From: Candidatus Poseidoniia archaeon
GTDB lineage: Archaea > Thermoplasmatota > Poseidoniia > MGIII > CG-Epi1
Reading direction: 5' to 3'
Length of the DNA: 64,000 bases
NCBI GenBank assembly: GCA_030754655.1
Contig: JASLZX010000004.1
Span: 30,095-94,094, forward strand
The number at the start of each line of letters is the position of its first letter. Position 1 is the first letter of the stretch. Shown here one piece after another: positions 1 through 9,638 of this stretch. The translations under genes were made by a program, and so were the position numbers. Below the pieces are notes generated by a model. The model had not been told where the DNA came from. It saw nothing but the letters and a program-made list of their open reading frames with translations, and made no database searches.

Positions 1-2
1 TG

Positions 3-620
3 CGCTGCCGGCAGGCGAAGGACGGCCGCATCGGCGCCTTCGCGACCGCCGGCGACGGGACCGCAAAGCTGCTGAAGGACGCTGGCAAGCTCTGCGCCAA
101 ATTGGGCTTCAAAAAGCAGGAGCTGAAGGTCGATTACGGCGCGCTCTATCTGGACGACGCGCATCCAGCGGACGTCGAGCATATCGACGCCGCGCTGGCG
201 TATGTCGACGCGTCGCACGGCGGCTTCGGCTTCATGGCACCCTCGAGCAGCTACCATCGGCTGATGCTCGGCCTCACCGGCGGCAAGATGTCGTCGTCCG
301 AACCCGACAGCGCCATCTTCCTCGCCGACTCTCCCAAGGAAGCGCAGCGGAAGGTGAAGCGGGCGCAGACAACCGGCGGTGCGACGGTCGAAGAGCATCG
401 AAAGACGGGCGGCCGCCCGCTCGAATGCCCGGTTTTCGAGCTATACGCCTACCACCTCATGGACGACGACTCAAAGCTCAAGAAAATTCACGATGGCTGC
501 GCCGACGGCAGCTGGTTCTGCGGCGATTGCAAGGCGCTCGCGGGCGACCTGCTGGGGGGCTTCCTCGAAGGCCACCAGTCACGGCTGGCGGAAGCCGATA
601 CAGCTGGCTTCGTAGTTTAA
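3..620 (+). CDS. trpS: Tryptophan--tRNA ligase, archaeal type, C-terminal part (5' end outside window)
   Basis: The frame is open from base 3. It has the GGKMSSS class I motif and the AQTTGGAT...CPVFEL...C..G...CGDCK anticodon-binding region typical of archaeal TrpRS. Confidence 0.9.
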   Translation, partial: RCRQAKDGRIGAFATAGDGTAKLLKDAGKLCAKLGFKKQELKVDYGALYLDDAHPADVEHIDAALAYVDASHGGFGFMAPSSSYHRLMLGLTGGKMSSSEPDSAIFLADSPKEAQRKVKRAQTTGGATVEEHRKTGGRPLECPVFELYAYHLMDDDSKLKKIHDGCADGSWFCGDCKALAGDLLGGFLEGHQSRLAEADTAGFVV

Positions 621-630
621 ATATTGGTCG

Positions 631-1305
631 TCAGGAATCCCAGCCGCGCTCGGCAGCCATTTCGCGCCCCAGCACCGCCGGCATCTGTGCCAGCAGCGCC
701 GCCTCCATCGCGCACATCGGAATGTCGTGTCCGAGCGCCGCCAGCGATGTGTGCCGGCCCACCGGCAGGCCGCAGCCGGCGACCGCTTGCAGGCGGTCGC
801 CCGGCGTCGACAAGTTGATGTCGAAGCCGTGGCGCGAGACCCACTGGCTGAACTGCAGCCCGATGCTCGCGACCTTGAAACCGTCGAGCCAGACCCCCAT
901 CATGGCGGGGTTGCGCCCGGCGTCAACGCCGAAAGTTGCGAGCGATTCGATAATCCACTCCTCGATGAGCGTGATTACCGTGCGAATCGATTCCTCGCGC
1001 CAGCGGAAGACAGGGTAGCCGACGAGCTGCCCCGGCCCGTGCCAGGTGATGCCGCCGCCGCGGTCCACCTCGCGCGACGCGTAGCCGTTCGGCGCCGTGA
1101 TGCCATCGACCTTCGCGCGGCGCCCGACGGTGATGACCTCGGGGTGTTCGACGAAAATCAGCGTGTCCGGGATTTCGTCGCTAATGCGTTGCGCCTGCAG
1201 TGCCTGCATCACCGCGTCAACCGTGGCGTGAGTGCGTTGGCCAGCGTGCAGCAGCGTCACCGGCGCCAGCCGCGCCCGCGTTTCCAGCGTCACGACCTCG
1301 CTCAT
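631..1305 (-). CDS. lipB: Lipoyl(octanoyl) transferase
   Basis: EHPEVITVGR, DRGGGITWHGPGQLVGYP, KVASIG and HGFDIN motifs; last gene of the bkd operon with a 4-nt overlap. Confidence 0.92.
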   Translation of the reverse strand: MSEVVTLETRARLAPVTLLHAGQRTHATVDAVMQALQAQRISDEIPDTLIFVEHPEVITVGRRAKVDGITAPNGYASREVDRGGGITWHGPGQLVGYPVFRWREESIRTVITLIEEWIIESLATFGVDAGRNPAMMGVWLDGFKVASIGLQFSQWVSRHGFDINLSTPGDRLQAVAGCGLPVGRHTSLAALGHDIPMCAMEAALLAQMPAVLGREMAAERGWDS

Positions 1306-2714
1306 TTGGCGACGTGGATGGCGTGCCCCAGCGCCGCCAGCGCCGCCTCGGCGAACGCCTCGGTCAGCGTCGGGTGGACGTGGATGGTCCCGGCAATGTC
1401 CTCCAGTCGCGTTCCCATCTCGAGCGCGTGCGCAAATTCCCCGCTCAGTTCGGCAACGTGCCCGCCGACGGCGTGGATGCCGACGATGACGTTGTCATCG
1501 CGCCGGGCGGTGATGCGTACGAAGCCGCCGTCAGCGCCCGCCTGCATCGCCAGCGCGCGTCCGCTCGCGGCGAAGGGGAACTTGCCGATGGTCGTGGCGA
1601 TGCCCGCCTCCTCCGCCTCGGCGGGCGTCAGGCCGACGCCGACGATTTCGGGCTCTGTAAAGCAGACCGCCGGGATAGCGACTGGGTCGAATTCGCGGCG
1701 GTGGCCGGCGATGATTTCGGCGACCATTTCGCCCTGCGCCGACGCTTTGTGCGCCAGCATCGGTTCGCCGACAAGGTCGCCGATGGCCCAGACATTGCGC
1801 ATCGACGTGCGGCAACGGCTGTCGACCCTGACGAACGGCCCGTCCAGGTCGACTGCCATATTCTCCAGCCCCCAGCCCTTGGTGCAGGGGCGGCGGCCGA
1901 CGGTCACCAGTACGCGGTCGCCCTTGGCTTTCTGCGTCTTTCCGTCGGAATCGGTGAACTCGACCGTCGTTGTTTTCCCGCGCGTCTTGGCAGCAGTCGC
2001 CTTCGCGCCGAGATGCACCGGCACCTTGTGGCGGCGCAGCCACATCGAAATCGGTCGCACCATCTCCGTATCGTAGAGCGGCAGGATGCGGTCCAGCGCT
2101 TCGACGAATTCCACTTCGCAGCCGAGCTTGCGGTACGCAATCCCAAGTTCGAGCCCGATATAGCCAGCGCCGATTATCACCAGCTTGCTCGGCAGCTCCT
2201 TCAGCTCGAGCGCCTCGGTCGACGAGATGATGTTGCCGCCGAATGGCATGAACGGCAGCTCTGTCGCCAGGGATCCTGTGGCGAGAATCACGTGCTCGGC
2301 CGTGATGGTCACGCTGCCGTCGGCAGTCTTTACGTCACAAGTCTTGCCATCGTGAAAGGTGGCCCAGCCCTGCAGCAGTTCGACGCCCGCCTTCTTCAGC
2401 AGCGTTTCGACGCCGCTGTTGAGTTTGTCGACAATCGACTCCTTCCATGCCACCAGCGCACCCATGTTCAGCAGCGGGCCGTCGGGGAGCGAGATGCCCA
2501 TCTCGCCCGCGCCAGCGTGCGCGCCCAGTTCCTCGAAGCGGCTCGCAGCGTGGATTACTGCCTTCGACGGGATGCAGCCGCGAATCAGACAGGTGCCGCC
2601 GGCGCGGTCGCCCTCGATAATGATTGTCTTGAGCCCGAGCTGCCCAGCGCGGATGGCGGCGACGTAGCCTCCCGGTCCGGCGCCGACTACCAGCACCTTG
2701 CATTTGCGTTCCAT
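1302..2714 (-). CDS. lpdA: Dihydrolipoyl dehydrogenase (E3)
   Basis: GAGPGG FAD motif, GGTCLIRGCIPSK redox disulfide, GAGYIG NAD motif, HVHPT. Confidence 0.97.
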   Translation of the reverse strand: MERKCKVLVVGAGPGGYVAAIRAGQLGLKTIIIEGDRAGGTCLIRGCIPSKAVIHAASRFEELGAHAGAGEMGISLPDGPLLNMGALVAWKESIVDKLNSGVETLLKKAGVELLQGWATFHDGKTCDVKTADGSVTITAEHVILATGSLATELPFMPFGGNIISSTEALELKELPSKLVIIGAGYIGLELGIAYRKLGCEVEFVEALDRILPLYDTEMVRPISMWLRRHKVPVHLGAKATAAKTRGKTTTVEFTDSDGKTQKAKGDRVLVTVGRRPCTKGWGLENMAVDLDGPFVRVDSRCRTSMRNVWAIGDLVGEPMLAHKASAQGEMVAEIIAGHRREFDPVAIPAVCFTEPEIVGVGLTPAEAEEAGIATTIGKFPFAASGRALAMQAGADGGFVRITARRDDNVIVGIHAVGGHVAELSGEFAHALEMGTRLEDIAGTIHVHPTLTEAFAEAALAALGHAIHVAK

Positions 2715-2716
2715 GA

Positions 2717-3979
2717 TTAGATGAAAATTGTCGCCGGATGTTCCAGCATCTGCTTCAGCGTCTGCATCATCCGGGCGCCGTCATAGCCGTCGACGACGCG
2801 GTGGTCGAACGACCCCGAGAGATTCATCATGCGCCGCACGACGATGTTGCCGTCGCGCACGACCGCTCGCTCCTCGGCCTTGTGGACGCCGATAATCGCT
2901 ACCTCAGGGTGGTTGATAATCGGCGTTGCACCCAGCCCTCCCAGCGCGCCCAGGCTGGTGATGGTAATCGTCGAGCCCGAAAGTTCTTCGGTCGTGGCGG
3001 TCTTCTCGCGCGCCGCTTGCGAGACGCGCCGCATTTCATTGGCGCAGTCCCAGACGTCGCGCGCCTCGGCGTGCCGCACCACCGGCACCATCAGCCCGCC
3101 TTCGGTCTGCGTCGCGATGCCAGCGTGCAGCGCCTCGTGCTGGACGACGACGTTACGCTCGTCATCGTAGAGCGCGTTGCAGCCCGGGTGTTGCTGGAGC
3201 GTCCGTACCAGCGCCTGCATCAGGAACGGCAGGTAGGTCAGCTTCGGCTGTTCGCTGCTGCGCGTCGCGTTCAGATGCTGGCGCAGCGATTCCAGTTCGG
3301 TAATGTCAATCTCCTCAAGATAACTGAAGTGCGGAATGCGCGACTTCGACGCAGCCATCTTAGCGGCAATCTTGCGCCGTAGCCCGATAACCGGGATTTC
3401 GGTCGTGCCGGTCCGTTTCTGTCCGCGCTGGCCCCCCATCAGGCGACCTCCCGATTGCAGGAATGCATCCAGGTCATCGTGCGAGATTCGCCCCACCGGC
3501 CCGCTGCCAGGCACTCCCGCCAGCTCGACGCCCGCCTCGCGCGCCCTCCGCCGCACCGCTGGCGACGCGAGCGGCCGCTTGCCCGTCGCGGTCGGTGCGG
3601 CCGCCGCCGGGGGCGCCGCAGGTGTGGGCGCAGGGGGCGCTGCCGGTGCTGGAGTGGGAGCCGGCGTGTCGGCTGGCGCGGGTTCAGGGGCCGGCTCGGG
3701 TTCGGGAGTGGCTTCTGGTTCCGGTTCCCCGCCCTTGCCTTCGACGTCGAATACAATCAACTCGGCGCCAACCGGGACCATGTCGCCCGGTTTGCCGGTC
3801 GTCGAGAGCACTTTGCCGCTGACGGGCGACGGAATCGCGACGGTTGCCTTGTCAGTCATTAAATCCACAAGCGGCTGGTCCTCGGCGACCGTCTCGCCCT
3901 TCTTGACTTTCCACTCGACAATCTCGCCTTCGACGATGCCTTCGCCGACATCCGGCAGCTTGAATACGTACTTGCCCAT
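2717..3979 (-). CDS. bkdB: Branched-chain 2-oxoacid dehydrogenase E2 (dihydrolipoamide acyltransferase)
   Basis: Lipoyl domain with TDKA lysine, Pro/Ala linker, ASPAVRRRA peripheral subunit-binding domain, FDHRVVDG catalytic motif. Start taken at MGKYVF. Confidence 0.93.
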   Translation of the reverse strand: MGKYVFKLPDVGEGIVEGEIVEWKVKKGETVAEDQPLVDLMTDKATVAIPSPVSGKVLSTTGKPGDMVPVGAELIVFDVEGKGGEPEPEATPEPEPAPEPAPADTPAPTPAPAAPPAPTPAAPPAAAAPTATGKRPLASPAVRRRAREAGVELAGVPGSGPVGRISHDDLDAFLQSGGRLMGGQRGQKRTGTTEIPVIGLRRKIAAKMAASKSRIPHFSYLEEIDITELESLRQHLNATRSSEQPKLTYLPFLMQALVRTLQQHPGCNALYDDERNVVVQHEALHAGIATQTEGGLMVPVVRHAEARDVWDCANEMRRVSQAAREKTATTEELSGSTITITSLGALGGLGATPIINHPEVAIIGVHKAEERAVVRDGNIVVRRMMNLSGSFDHRVVDGYDGARMMQTLKQMLEHPATIFI

Positions 3980-3980
3980 T

Positions 3981-4997
3981 TCAGTTATTCTCCATCGTTC
4001 GCGCAATCGCTTCCATCACTCGCTCCTGGCTGGGGAAGTACTCCCATTCCAGCGTGTGGGGAAAAGGAGTGTCCCACCCCGTGACGCGCTCGACTGGCGC
4101 TTCCAGCTGCCAGAAACACTCCTCCATGATTTGCGCCGCTAGCTCACCCCCGTAGCCGCTCGTGCGCGGCGCCTCGTGGACCACCACGCAGCGCCCGGTC
4201 TTCTGAACGCTGGCGACAATCGCCTCCAGGTCGAGTGGCAGCAGCGAGCGCAGGTCGATGACCTCGCAGCTCGTAGGGCTGCGCGCTGCGGCCGCTTGCG
4301 CGACGTGCACCATTGTGCCCCACGCTAGTAGCGTCACGTCATCGCCCGGGGCGACGACCTTCGCCTCGCCGAGCGGGATGCGGTAGTAATCCTCGGGGAC
4401 TTCGCCGCCGGGGTGGGTGTCCCACTTCTTCGCAGCGGCGGCGTGGTCGCCGTCGAACGGTCCGCTGTAGAGCCGCTTCGGCTCGAAGAAAATAACCGGG
4501 TCGTCGTCCTCGACCGCTGTCGTCAGCAGCCCCTTGGCGTCGTAGGGATTCGAGACGACGACTACCTTCAGCCCCGGGGTGTGGGTGAAGTATACTTCCG
4601 GGCTTTGGGAGTGGTAGTGGCCGCCGCGGATGCCGCCCCCGCACGGCGTGCGGAAGGTGACCGGTGCCCAGTATTCGCCACCCGAGCGGTAGCGCAGCTT
4701 CGCCAGCTCGTTGGTAATCTGGTCGAAGGCGGGGAAAATGTAGTCGGAAAACTGGATTTCGGCGACCGGACGCAGCCCGTTGATGCCCATGCCGATGGCG
4801 ATGGACGCGATACCGCCTTCGGATAGTGGGGTGTCGAAGACGCGGTGTAGTCCGTGCTTAGCCTGAAGGCCGTCGGTGCAGCGGAAAACACCGCCGAAGT
4901 AGCCGACGTCCTCGCCGAAAATCACGACGTTATCGTCGCGCTCGAGCAATGTGTCGAGCGCGCTGTTGACTGCCTGGACGATATTCATCTGCGCCAT
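3981..4997 (-). CDS. bkdA2: 2-oxoisovalerate dehydrogenase E1 beta subunit
   Basis: FGEDVGYFGGVFRCT, DTPLSE, EIQFSDY and HSQSPE motifs. Confidence 0.95.
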   Translation of the reverse strand: MAQMNIVQAVNSALDTLLERDDNVVIFGEDVGYFGGVFRCTDGLQAKHGLHRVFDTPLSEGGIASIAIGMGINGLRPVAEIQFSDYIFPAFDQITNELAKLRYRSGGEYWAPVTFRTPCGGGIRGGHYHSQSPEVYFTHTPGLKVVVVSNPYDAKGLLTTAVEDDDPVIFFEPKRLYSGPFDGDHAAAAKKWDTHPGGEVPEDYYRIPLGEAKVVAPGDDVTLLAWGTMVHVAQAAAARSPTSCEVIDLRSLLPLDLEAIVASVQKTGRCVVVHEAPRTSGYGGELAAQIMEECFWQLEAPVERVTGWDTPFPHTLEWEYFPSQERVMEAIARTMENN

Positions 4998-6220
4998 CAG
5001 ACCCCCAGCTGCTGTCGCTGCTTGCGCAGGTGCGGCAGTTCGTTTTTATAGACGTCTTCGAAAAGCGTGCTCGCCGGTGGATACGGTCCCGCATCGAGCG
5101 TGCCGTATTCCTCCGCCTTCTTGTAGGACTTGACGACCAGTTTGTCAAGCTCCTTTTCGAGCGCCTTGTGGCGCTTGTTGTCCCACTCGCCGATTGCCTT
5201 GAGATGGGCCTTCAGCCGCTCGACGGGGTCGCCCAGCGGCCACGACTCCCACTCATTTTTCGGCCGGTAGCGCGTCGGGTCATCGCTGGTCGAGTGTGCC
5301 TCGCCGCGGTAGGTCAGGACCTCGATGAAGGTCGCGCCGAGCCCCTGCCGCGCGCGCTCGGCGGCCCACTGCGTCACGCCGTAGAGCGCGAGAAAGTCGT
5401 TGCCGTCGACGCGAATCGACGGCAAGTCGTAGGCGATGCCGCGTGCCGCGAAGGTGGCGCCGCCGGTCGAGATATTCATGTGGGTCGAGATGGCCCACTG
5501 GTTGTTGACCACGTTCAGGATTACCGGCGCACGGTAGACTGCGGCGAAGTTGATGGCGTAGTGGAAATCGCCCTCAGCGGCGGTGCCGTCGCCCAACCAC
5601 GAGATGGCGATGCTATCCTCGCCGCGGTAGGCAAACGCCATCGCGGCGCCGACCGCCTGCGGGAATTGCGTTCCCACCGGTGATGAAATCGAGACGAAAT
5701 TGCCCTCGCGCCAGGTGTAGTGTACCGGCATCTGCCGCCCCTTAGCGTTGTCGCGCTGATTCGAGATGCAGTGACACATCATGTCGACCAGATCACGCCC
5801 GCGCACCAGCTGCAGCCCCGGCTGGCGATAGCTCGGGAACAGGATGTCGTCGTCGCGCAGCGCCATGCCTTGCGCAATTGCGACCGCCTCCTCGCCGAGC
5901 GACTTCATGTAGAACGAGAGCTTGCCGGTGCGCTGCAGCGTCTGCATGCGGTCGTCGTAGATGCGCAGTAGCAGCATGTGGCGCAGCCCGGTGCGCAATG
6001 CCTCTGCATCGAGTTTGGGGTTCCAGTCGCCGACAGCGCGATGCTTGTCGTCGAGCACGCGCACCAGCGAGAACGCCAGCTCGCGCATGTCGGCCGCGTC
6101 GCCGTCGACCGGCGGCCGCGTCGCCTCGCCTGCCTTGGGCAGCTTGAGCTGGCTGAAGTCGGGCTGTTCGCCCGGCCGCGCCGGCGGTTCTGGTACATGC
6201 AGCGTACGCTTGCGGCTCAC
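4997..6220 (-). CDS. bkdA1: 2-oxoisovalerate dehydrogenase E1 alpha subunit
   Basis: TPP motif GDG...NNQWAIS, HSTSDDP, and a proteobacterial-like N-terminus LHVPEPPARPGEQPDFS. Confidence 0.95.
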   Translation of the reverse strand: MSRKRTLHVPEPPARPGEQPDFSQLKLPKAGEATRPPVDGDAADMRELAFSLVRVLDDKHRAVGDWNPKLDAEALRTGLRHMLLLRIYDDRMQTLQRTGKLSFYMKSLGEEAVAIAQGMALRDDDILFPSYRQPGLQLVRGRDLVDMMCHCISNQRDNAKGRQMPVHYTWREGNFVSISSPVGTQFPQAVGAAMAFAYRGEDSIAISWLGDGTAAEGDFHYAINFAAVYRAPVILNVVNNQWAISTHMNISTGGATFAARGIAYDLPSIRVDGNDFLALYGVTQWAAERARQGLGATFIEVLTYRGEAHSTSDDPTRYRPKNEWESWPLGDPVERLKAHLKAIGEWDNKRHKALEKELDKLVVKSYKKAEEYGTLDAGPYPPASTLFEDVYKNELPHLRKQRQQLGV

Positions 6221-7143
6221 GCAACCACCTGTAGCCCCGCCGCGCCCTGCGCCGTGGTCAGTAGCGACTCGGCGCGGTAGGAGGAGCGCACCAGCGGCCC
6301 CGACGCAATCGCGCGGAAGCCCAGCTCGCGGGCGGTGCGCGCCAGTGCGTCAAACCGCTTGGGTGTCACGAACTCGCGGATGGGGTGGTAACCCGGTCCC
6401 GGCGCGAGGTATTGCCCGAGCGTCAGCAGTTCCACGCCAACGTCGCGCAGCGCGCTGAACGTGTCGTGAATTTCAGCCTTGGTCTCGCCCAGCCCGAGCA
6501 TGATGCTCGACTTGGTCACCAGCTCCGGGCGCAATTCCTTCGCCGCCGCGAGGATGCGCAGCGACTGCGCAAAGCTGGCGCGCGGGTCGCGCACCTCGGG
6601 CGTCAGCCGTTCGACGGTCTCGACGTTGTGCGCGAAGACTTGCAACGGCGCTCCGTTGAGGAGCGCCGCCAGCGCCGCTTCGTTGCCAGCGAGGTCGCTG
6701 CATAGCAGCTCCAGCCCCACATCGGGGAGCCGTGCGTGGACTGCGTCGAGGCAGGCGCGGTAGTGGGTTACGCCGTCGTCGGGCAGGTCGTCGCGGTTGA
6801 CGACCGTAATTACCGCGTAGCTAAGCCCCATCGCGGCGACGGCGTCCGCCAGCTGCTGTGGCTCCGCCGGGTCGGGCGCGGCCGGCGCGCGCATCGTCTC
6901 GACTGCGCAGAAGCGGCAGCCGCGGGTGCACTCCCGGCCGGCGACCATGAAGGTAGCGGTGCCGCGCCCCCAGCACTCGTGGAGGTTGGGGCAGTGCGCT
7001 TCCTCGCAGACGGTGTGCAGCGCGTTGCCGGCGACCGCACCGGTCGTCGCGCGGTAGCGCTCCAGCGCCGCGCCGGTCGGCAACTCGACGCGGAACCATT
7101 CGGGCAGCCTCGTTCGTGCGTGCGTAGACAAGCGAGCCGGCAT
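6217..7143 (-). CDS. lipA: Lipoyl synthase
   Basis: CEEAHCPNLHEC (CX4CX5C), radical SAM CTRGCRFC and C-terminal RSSY motifs. Confidence 0.96.
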   Translation of the reverse strand: MPARLSTHARTRLPEWFRVELPTGAALERYRATTGAVAGNALHTVCEEAHCPNLHECWGRGTATFMVAGRECTRGCRFCAVETMRAPAAPDPAEPQQLADAVAAMGLSYAVITVVNRDDLPDDGVTHYRACLDAVHARLPDVGLELLCSDLAGNEAALAALLNGAPLQVFAHNVETVERLTPEVRDPRASFAQSLRILAAAKELRPELVTKSSIMLGLGETKAEIHDTFSALRDVGVELLTLGQYLAPGPGYHPIREFVTPKRFDALARTARELGFRAIASGPLVRSSYRAESLLTTAQGAAGLQVVA

Positions 7144-7210
7144 CAGTCGTGCGGTTTAATGCTAATGGCTGTGCAGACTGCACCAATCATGGAGAGTACC
7201 CAGTTCGTGG

Positions 7211-8623
7211 TCAGTGGCGCCACATAGGTAGAACAGCGTCGTAGCCCGCGAGCGGGACGCCTGTCAGCGCGGCAGCCTCCTGGTCGAGCGCGCGCAGCTG
7301 CTCCGGCCCCAGCTCGCTGGCGCTGCCGGCGCCGAGCGCACCCATCGCGTGCGCGAGCTGGTCGCCCAGCTTGCCGAGCCGGTTCAGCGTGATCTTGCTG
7401 GTCAGCACGACCCCGGCGGCGCCCAATGCCAGCATTTTGAGCACGTCGTCCGCCGATGCCCAGGGCATCTCTGCCAGCACCGGCAGCCCGCTGCCACGCG
7501 CCGCGGAGAGCGCCGCCTCGAGTGGGACGGTGCCCGGCGTCAAGATAACGCCGTCGGACGCCGCGGTGCGCAACGCGCCCATGTCGCCGCTAAGGTCGCC
7601 CGCGGGGAGCCGTACCAGCACCGGCACACGGTCGCGCGCCCCCTGTCGCACCAGCTCGACCACCTGTACCAGGTCGTCAGGCCGTTCCATGTCGAGCCGC
7701 CGCGGCAGCCTCCCGGTGCAAAGGTCGATGACTGCCAGGTTGCATTTGTCGAAACTGGGCGCTTTCGCGCCGACCGCCCACGTCGCCTCTTGCGGCGCGT
7801 GGTCGCCCTGCCACAGCAGTGGAATCGTCAGGTTCAGCGGCTCACCAGTCCCGGGGCCGAGCACCAGTCCGGGGTTGACGCGGTCGAGCCCGGGTCGACG
7901 TGGCCGTCGCTTCAGCACCGCCGGCACCAGCCGCAACCGCGACAGCAGCTCTGGCACTTCCTCGCGCTCCGGTCGCGGCGGTGCGGCGACCGCACCGCCG
8001 CTGACGCTCTGGAACTCGAGCCCGTGCGGGTCGATGCCGTGCTCCTGCAGCAGCCGCTGCACCGCCTTGCGCTCGGCGGGTGCGGCGGGCTTGGCGCCCC
8101 CGTCAGGCGGTGTGAAGTTGCCGGCGATGAACAGCTTGCCGCCCGCCATGTAGCGCGCCACGTCGCCGCCGACGTCGCCCGCCACTACGACGGTGCCGCC
8201 CTGCATCCCGGCGCCGAGCCCCCCCTCGACGTCGCCCGCGACCAGCAGCTCGCCGTCGAGCATCCCCGCCGCAGCGCCGCCCCGTACCGAGCCCTGCACC
8301 ACCAGCGTCCCGCCCGCTAGCCCGTGGCCGGCGCCGCTGCCGGCGGAGCCGTTGACGATGATTTCGCCACTGCGCATCGAGTTGCCGGTGAAACGCCCCG
8401 CGCCGCCGTTGAGTATTAGCTGCGCGCCGTGGTTCAGTCCACCGAAGTTGTCGCCACCAGTGCCGTCGAACGTTGCCGTCTTGCCCCGGGGGAAGCCGAC
8501 CGCGATGCACGCCAGCGGCTCGAGCCGCTTGGCGGCGACGGTGTCGCTCTCCGCCAGCCGCTCCAGCAGCCGCGAATTAATGTCGCCCGGTGTCGGGTCC
8601 CAGACCTCCTCCTCGTCCGCCAT
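7211..8623 (-). CDS. Glutamate synthase-like protein: GXGXG (GltB domain 3/FwdC-like) beta-helix fused to a degenerate GltB domain 2 FMN-type barrel
   Basis: Gly-rich GxAG/GxxM repeats in the N-half. The C-terminus KMLALGA...LRALDQEAAALTGVPLAG resembles GltB2/GlxD ends. Start reassigned to MADEEE (8623), which has a TATA-like taaata about 25 nt upstream. Confidence 0.7.
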   Translation of the reverse strand: MADEEEVWDPTPGDINSRLLERLAESDTVAAKRLEPLACIAVGFPRGKTATFDGTGGDNFGGLNHGAQLILNGGAGRFTGNSMRSGEIIVNGSAGSGAGHGLAGGTLVVQGSVRGGAAAGMLDGELLVAGDVEGGLGAGMQGGTVVVAGDVGGDVARYMAGGKLFIAGNFTPPDGGAKPAAPAERKAVQRLLQEHGIDPHGLEFQSVSGGAVAAPPRPEREEVPELLSRLRLVPAVLKRRPRRPGLDRVNPGLVLGPGTGEPLNLTIPLLWQGDHAPQEATWAVGAKAPSFDKCNLAVIDLCTGRLPRRLDMERPDDLVQVVELVRQGARDRVPVLVRLPAGDLSGDMGALRTAASDGVILTPGTVPLEAALSAARGSGLPVLAEMPWASADDVLKMLALGAAGVVLTSKITLNRLGKLGDQLAHAMGALGAGSASELGPEQLRALDQEAAALTGVPLAGYDAVLPMWRH

Positions 8624-8654
8624 CACCACGGCATCTGCGGTGGTATTTAGGTGG

Positions 8655-9638
8655 TTAGTGTCCCCGTGTGACCATGTATTCGAGCAGCGCCTCGAACAGC
8701 TGCCGCGGCTCGCCTTGCGGGTATTTCGCCAGCGTGTCGCGGATGCCCTGTAAGTAGCTGTTCGCCCGCTCGTAGCACGCCGCCAGCGCGCCGCTGCGCT
8801 CCATGATGGCGACCGCCTCCGCCACGTCGGCGTCGCTGTTGTCGCCGCCATTAAGGATGGCGGCGAGCCGCGCGCGGTCGTCGGGCGCGGCGCGATCCAG
8901 GGCTTCGATGACGAGCAGCGTGCGCTTGCCCTGCCGGATGTCGGAGCCGGACGGCTTGCCGAGAGTTTCGGCGGGAGCGGTCGCGTCAAGGTAGTCATCC
9001 CATATCTGGAAGCCGAGCCCGACCTCTATCGCCATCTGCCGCAGCTCCAGCGCCTCGCGCGCATCGGCACCACCGATGCGCGCGCCGCCGAACGCGGCTG
9101 AACCAAACAAAATTGAGGTCTTCAGCCGCACCATCTCTAGGTATTCGGCCGGCGCGACCGTTTTCCGTTCTTCAAAGTCAAGGTCCATCTGTTGTCCCTC
9201 ACCGATTTCCCGCACGGTAATTGCCAGATGGCGCACCAGTTCGGCGCGCAGCGCATCGCTGCAATCGCTGTCGGTCACCATCTCGAACGCGTAGGCGAAG
9301 AGCGCGTCGCCAGCGTTAATCGCCGCCGCGACGCCGAACTCGGCGTGCGCTGACGCGACGCCGTGTCGCAGGTCGTCCTCGTCCATTACGTCGTCGTGAA
9401 CCAGCGTAAAGTTGTGGACCGTTTCCAGCGCGGCGGCATACGGCACCGCCTTCGCCGAGTCGCCGCCGACCAGCTCGCACGCCAGCAGCGCCATCACCGG
9501 CCGCAGCCGCTTGCCGCCAGCAAGCGGGATATGCGCCATCGCGCGGTAAAGATTTTCAGGTGGGCGCACCAGCAGGTATTCGCGCAGCGCCGCCTCGACC
9601 GGCGCCGCTCGTGCGGTGAGCGTCGCCTTCAGCTCCAT
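8655..9638 (-). CDS. idsA: Geranylgeranyl diphosphate synthase (polyprenyl synthetase)
   Basis: GGKRLRP, FARM HDDVMDED, GQQMD, KT and SARM FQIWDDYLD motifs. Start MELKAT at 9638. Confidence 0.93.
   Translation of the reverse strand: MELKATLTARAAPVEAALREYLLVRPPENLYRAMAHIPLAGGKRLRPVMALLACELVGGDSAKAVPYAAALETVHNFTLVHDDVMDEDDLRHGVASAHAEFGVAAAINAGDALFAYAFEMVTDSDCSDALRAELVRHLAITVREIGEGQQMDLDFEERKTVAPAEYLEMVRLKTSILFGSAAFGGARIGGADAREALELRQMAIEVGLGFQIWDDYLDATAPAETLGKPSGSDIRQGKRTLLVIEALDRAAPDDRARLAAILNGGDNSDADVAEAVAIMERSGALAACYERANSYLQGIRDTLAKYPQGEPRQLFEALLEYMVTRGH

Noticed and set aside
727-2720. Long antisense/alternate-frame ORFs (727..2076, 1200..2720; likewise 28730..30199, 33977..35452, 36796..38199)
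   Set aside because: These are shadow ORFs of well-supported genes in high-GC DNA and have no recognisable motifs.
3590-3740. Low-complexity repeat in E2
   Set aside because: This is the ordinary Pro/Ala/Glu flexible linker of E2 subunits.
8624-8998. 5' extension of the 595-aa ORF overlapping GGPPS
   Set aside because: It is out of frame within idsA, and a better start with a TATA exists at 8623.
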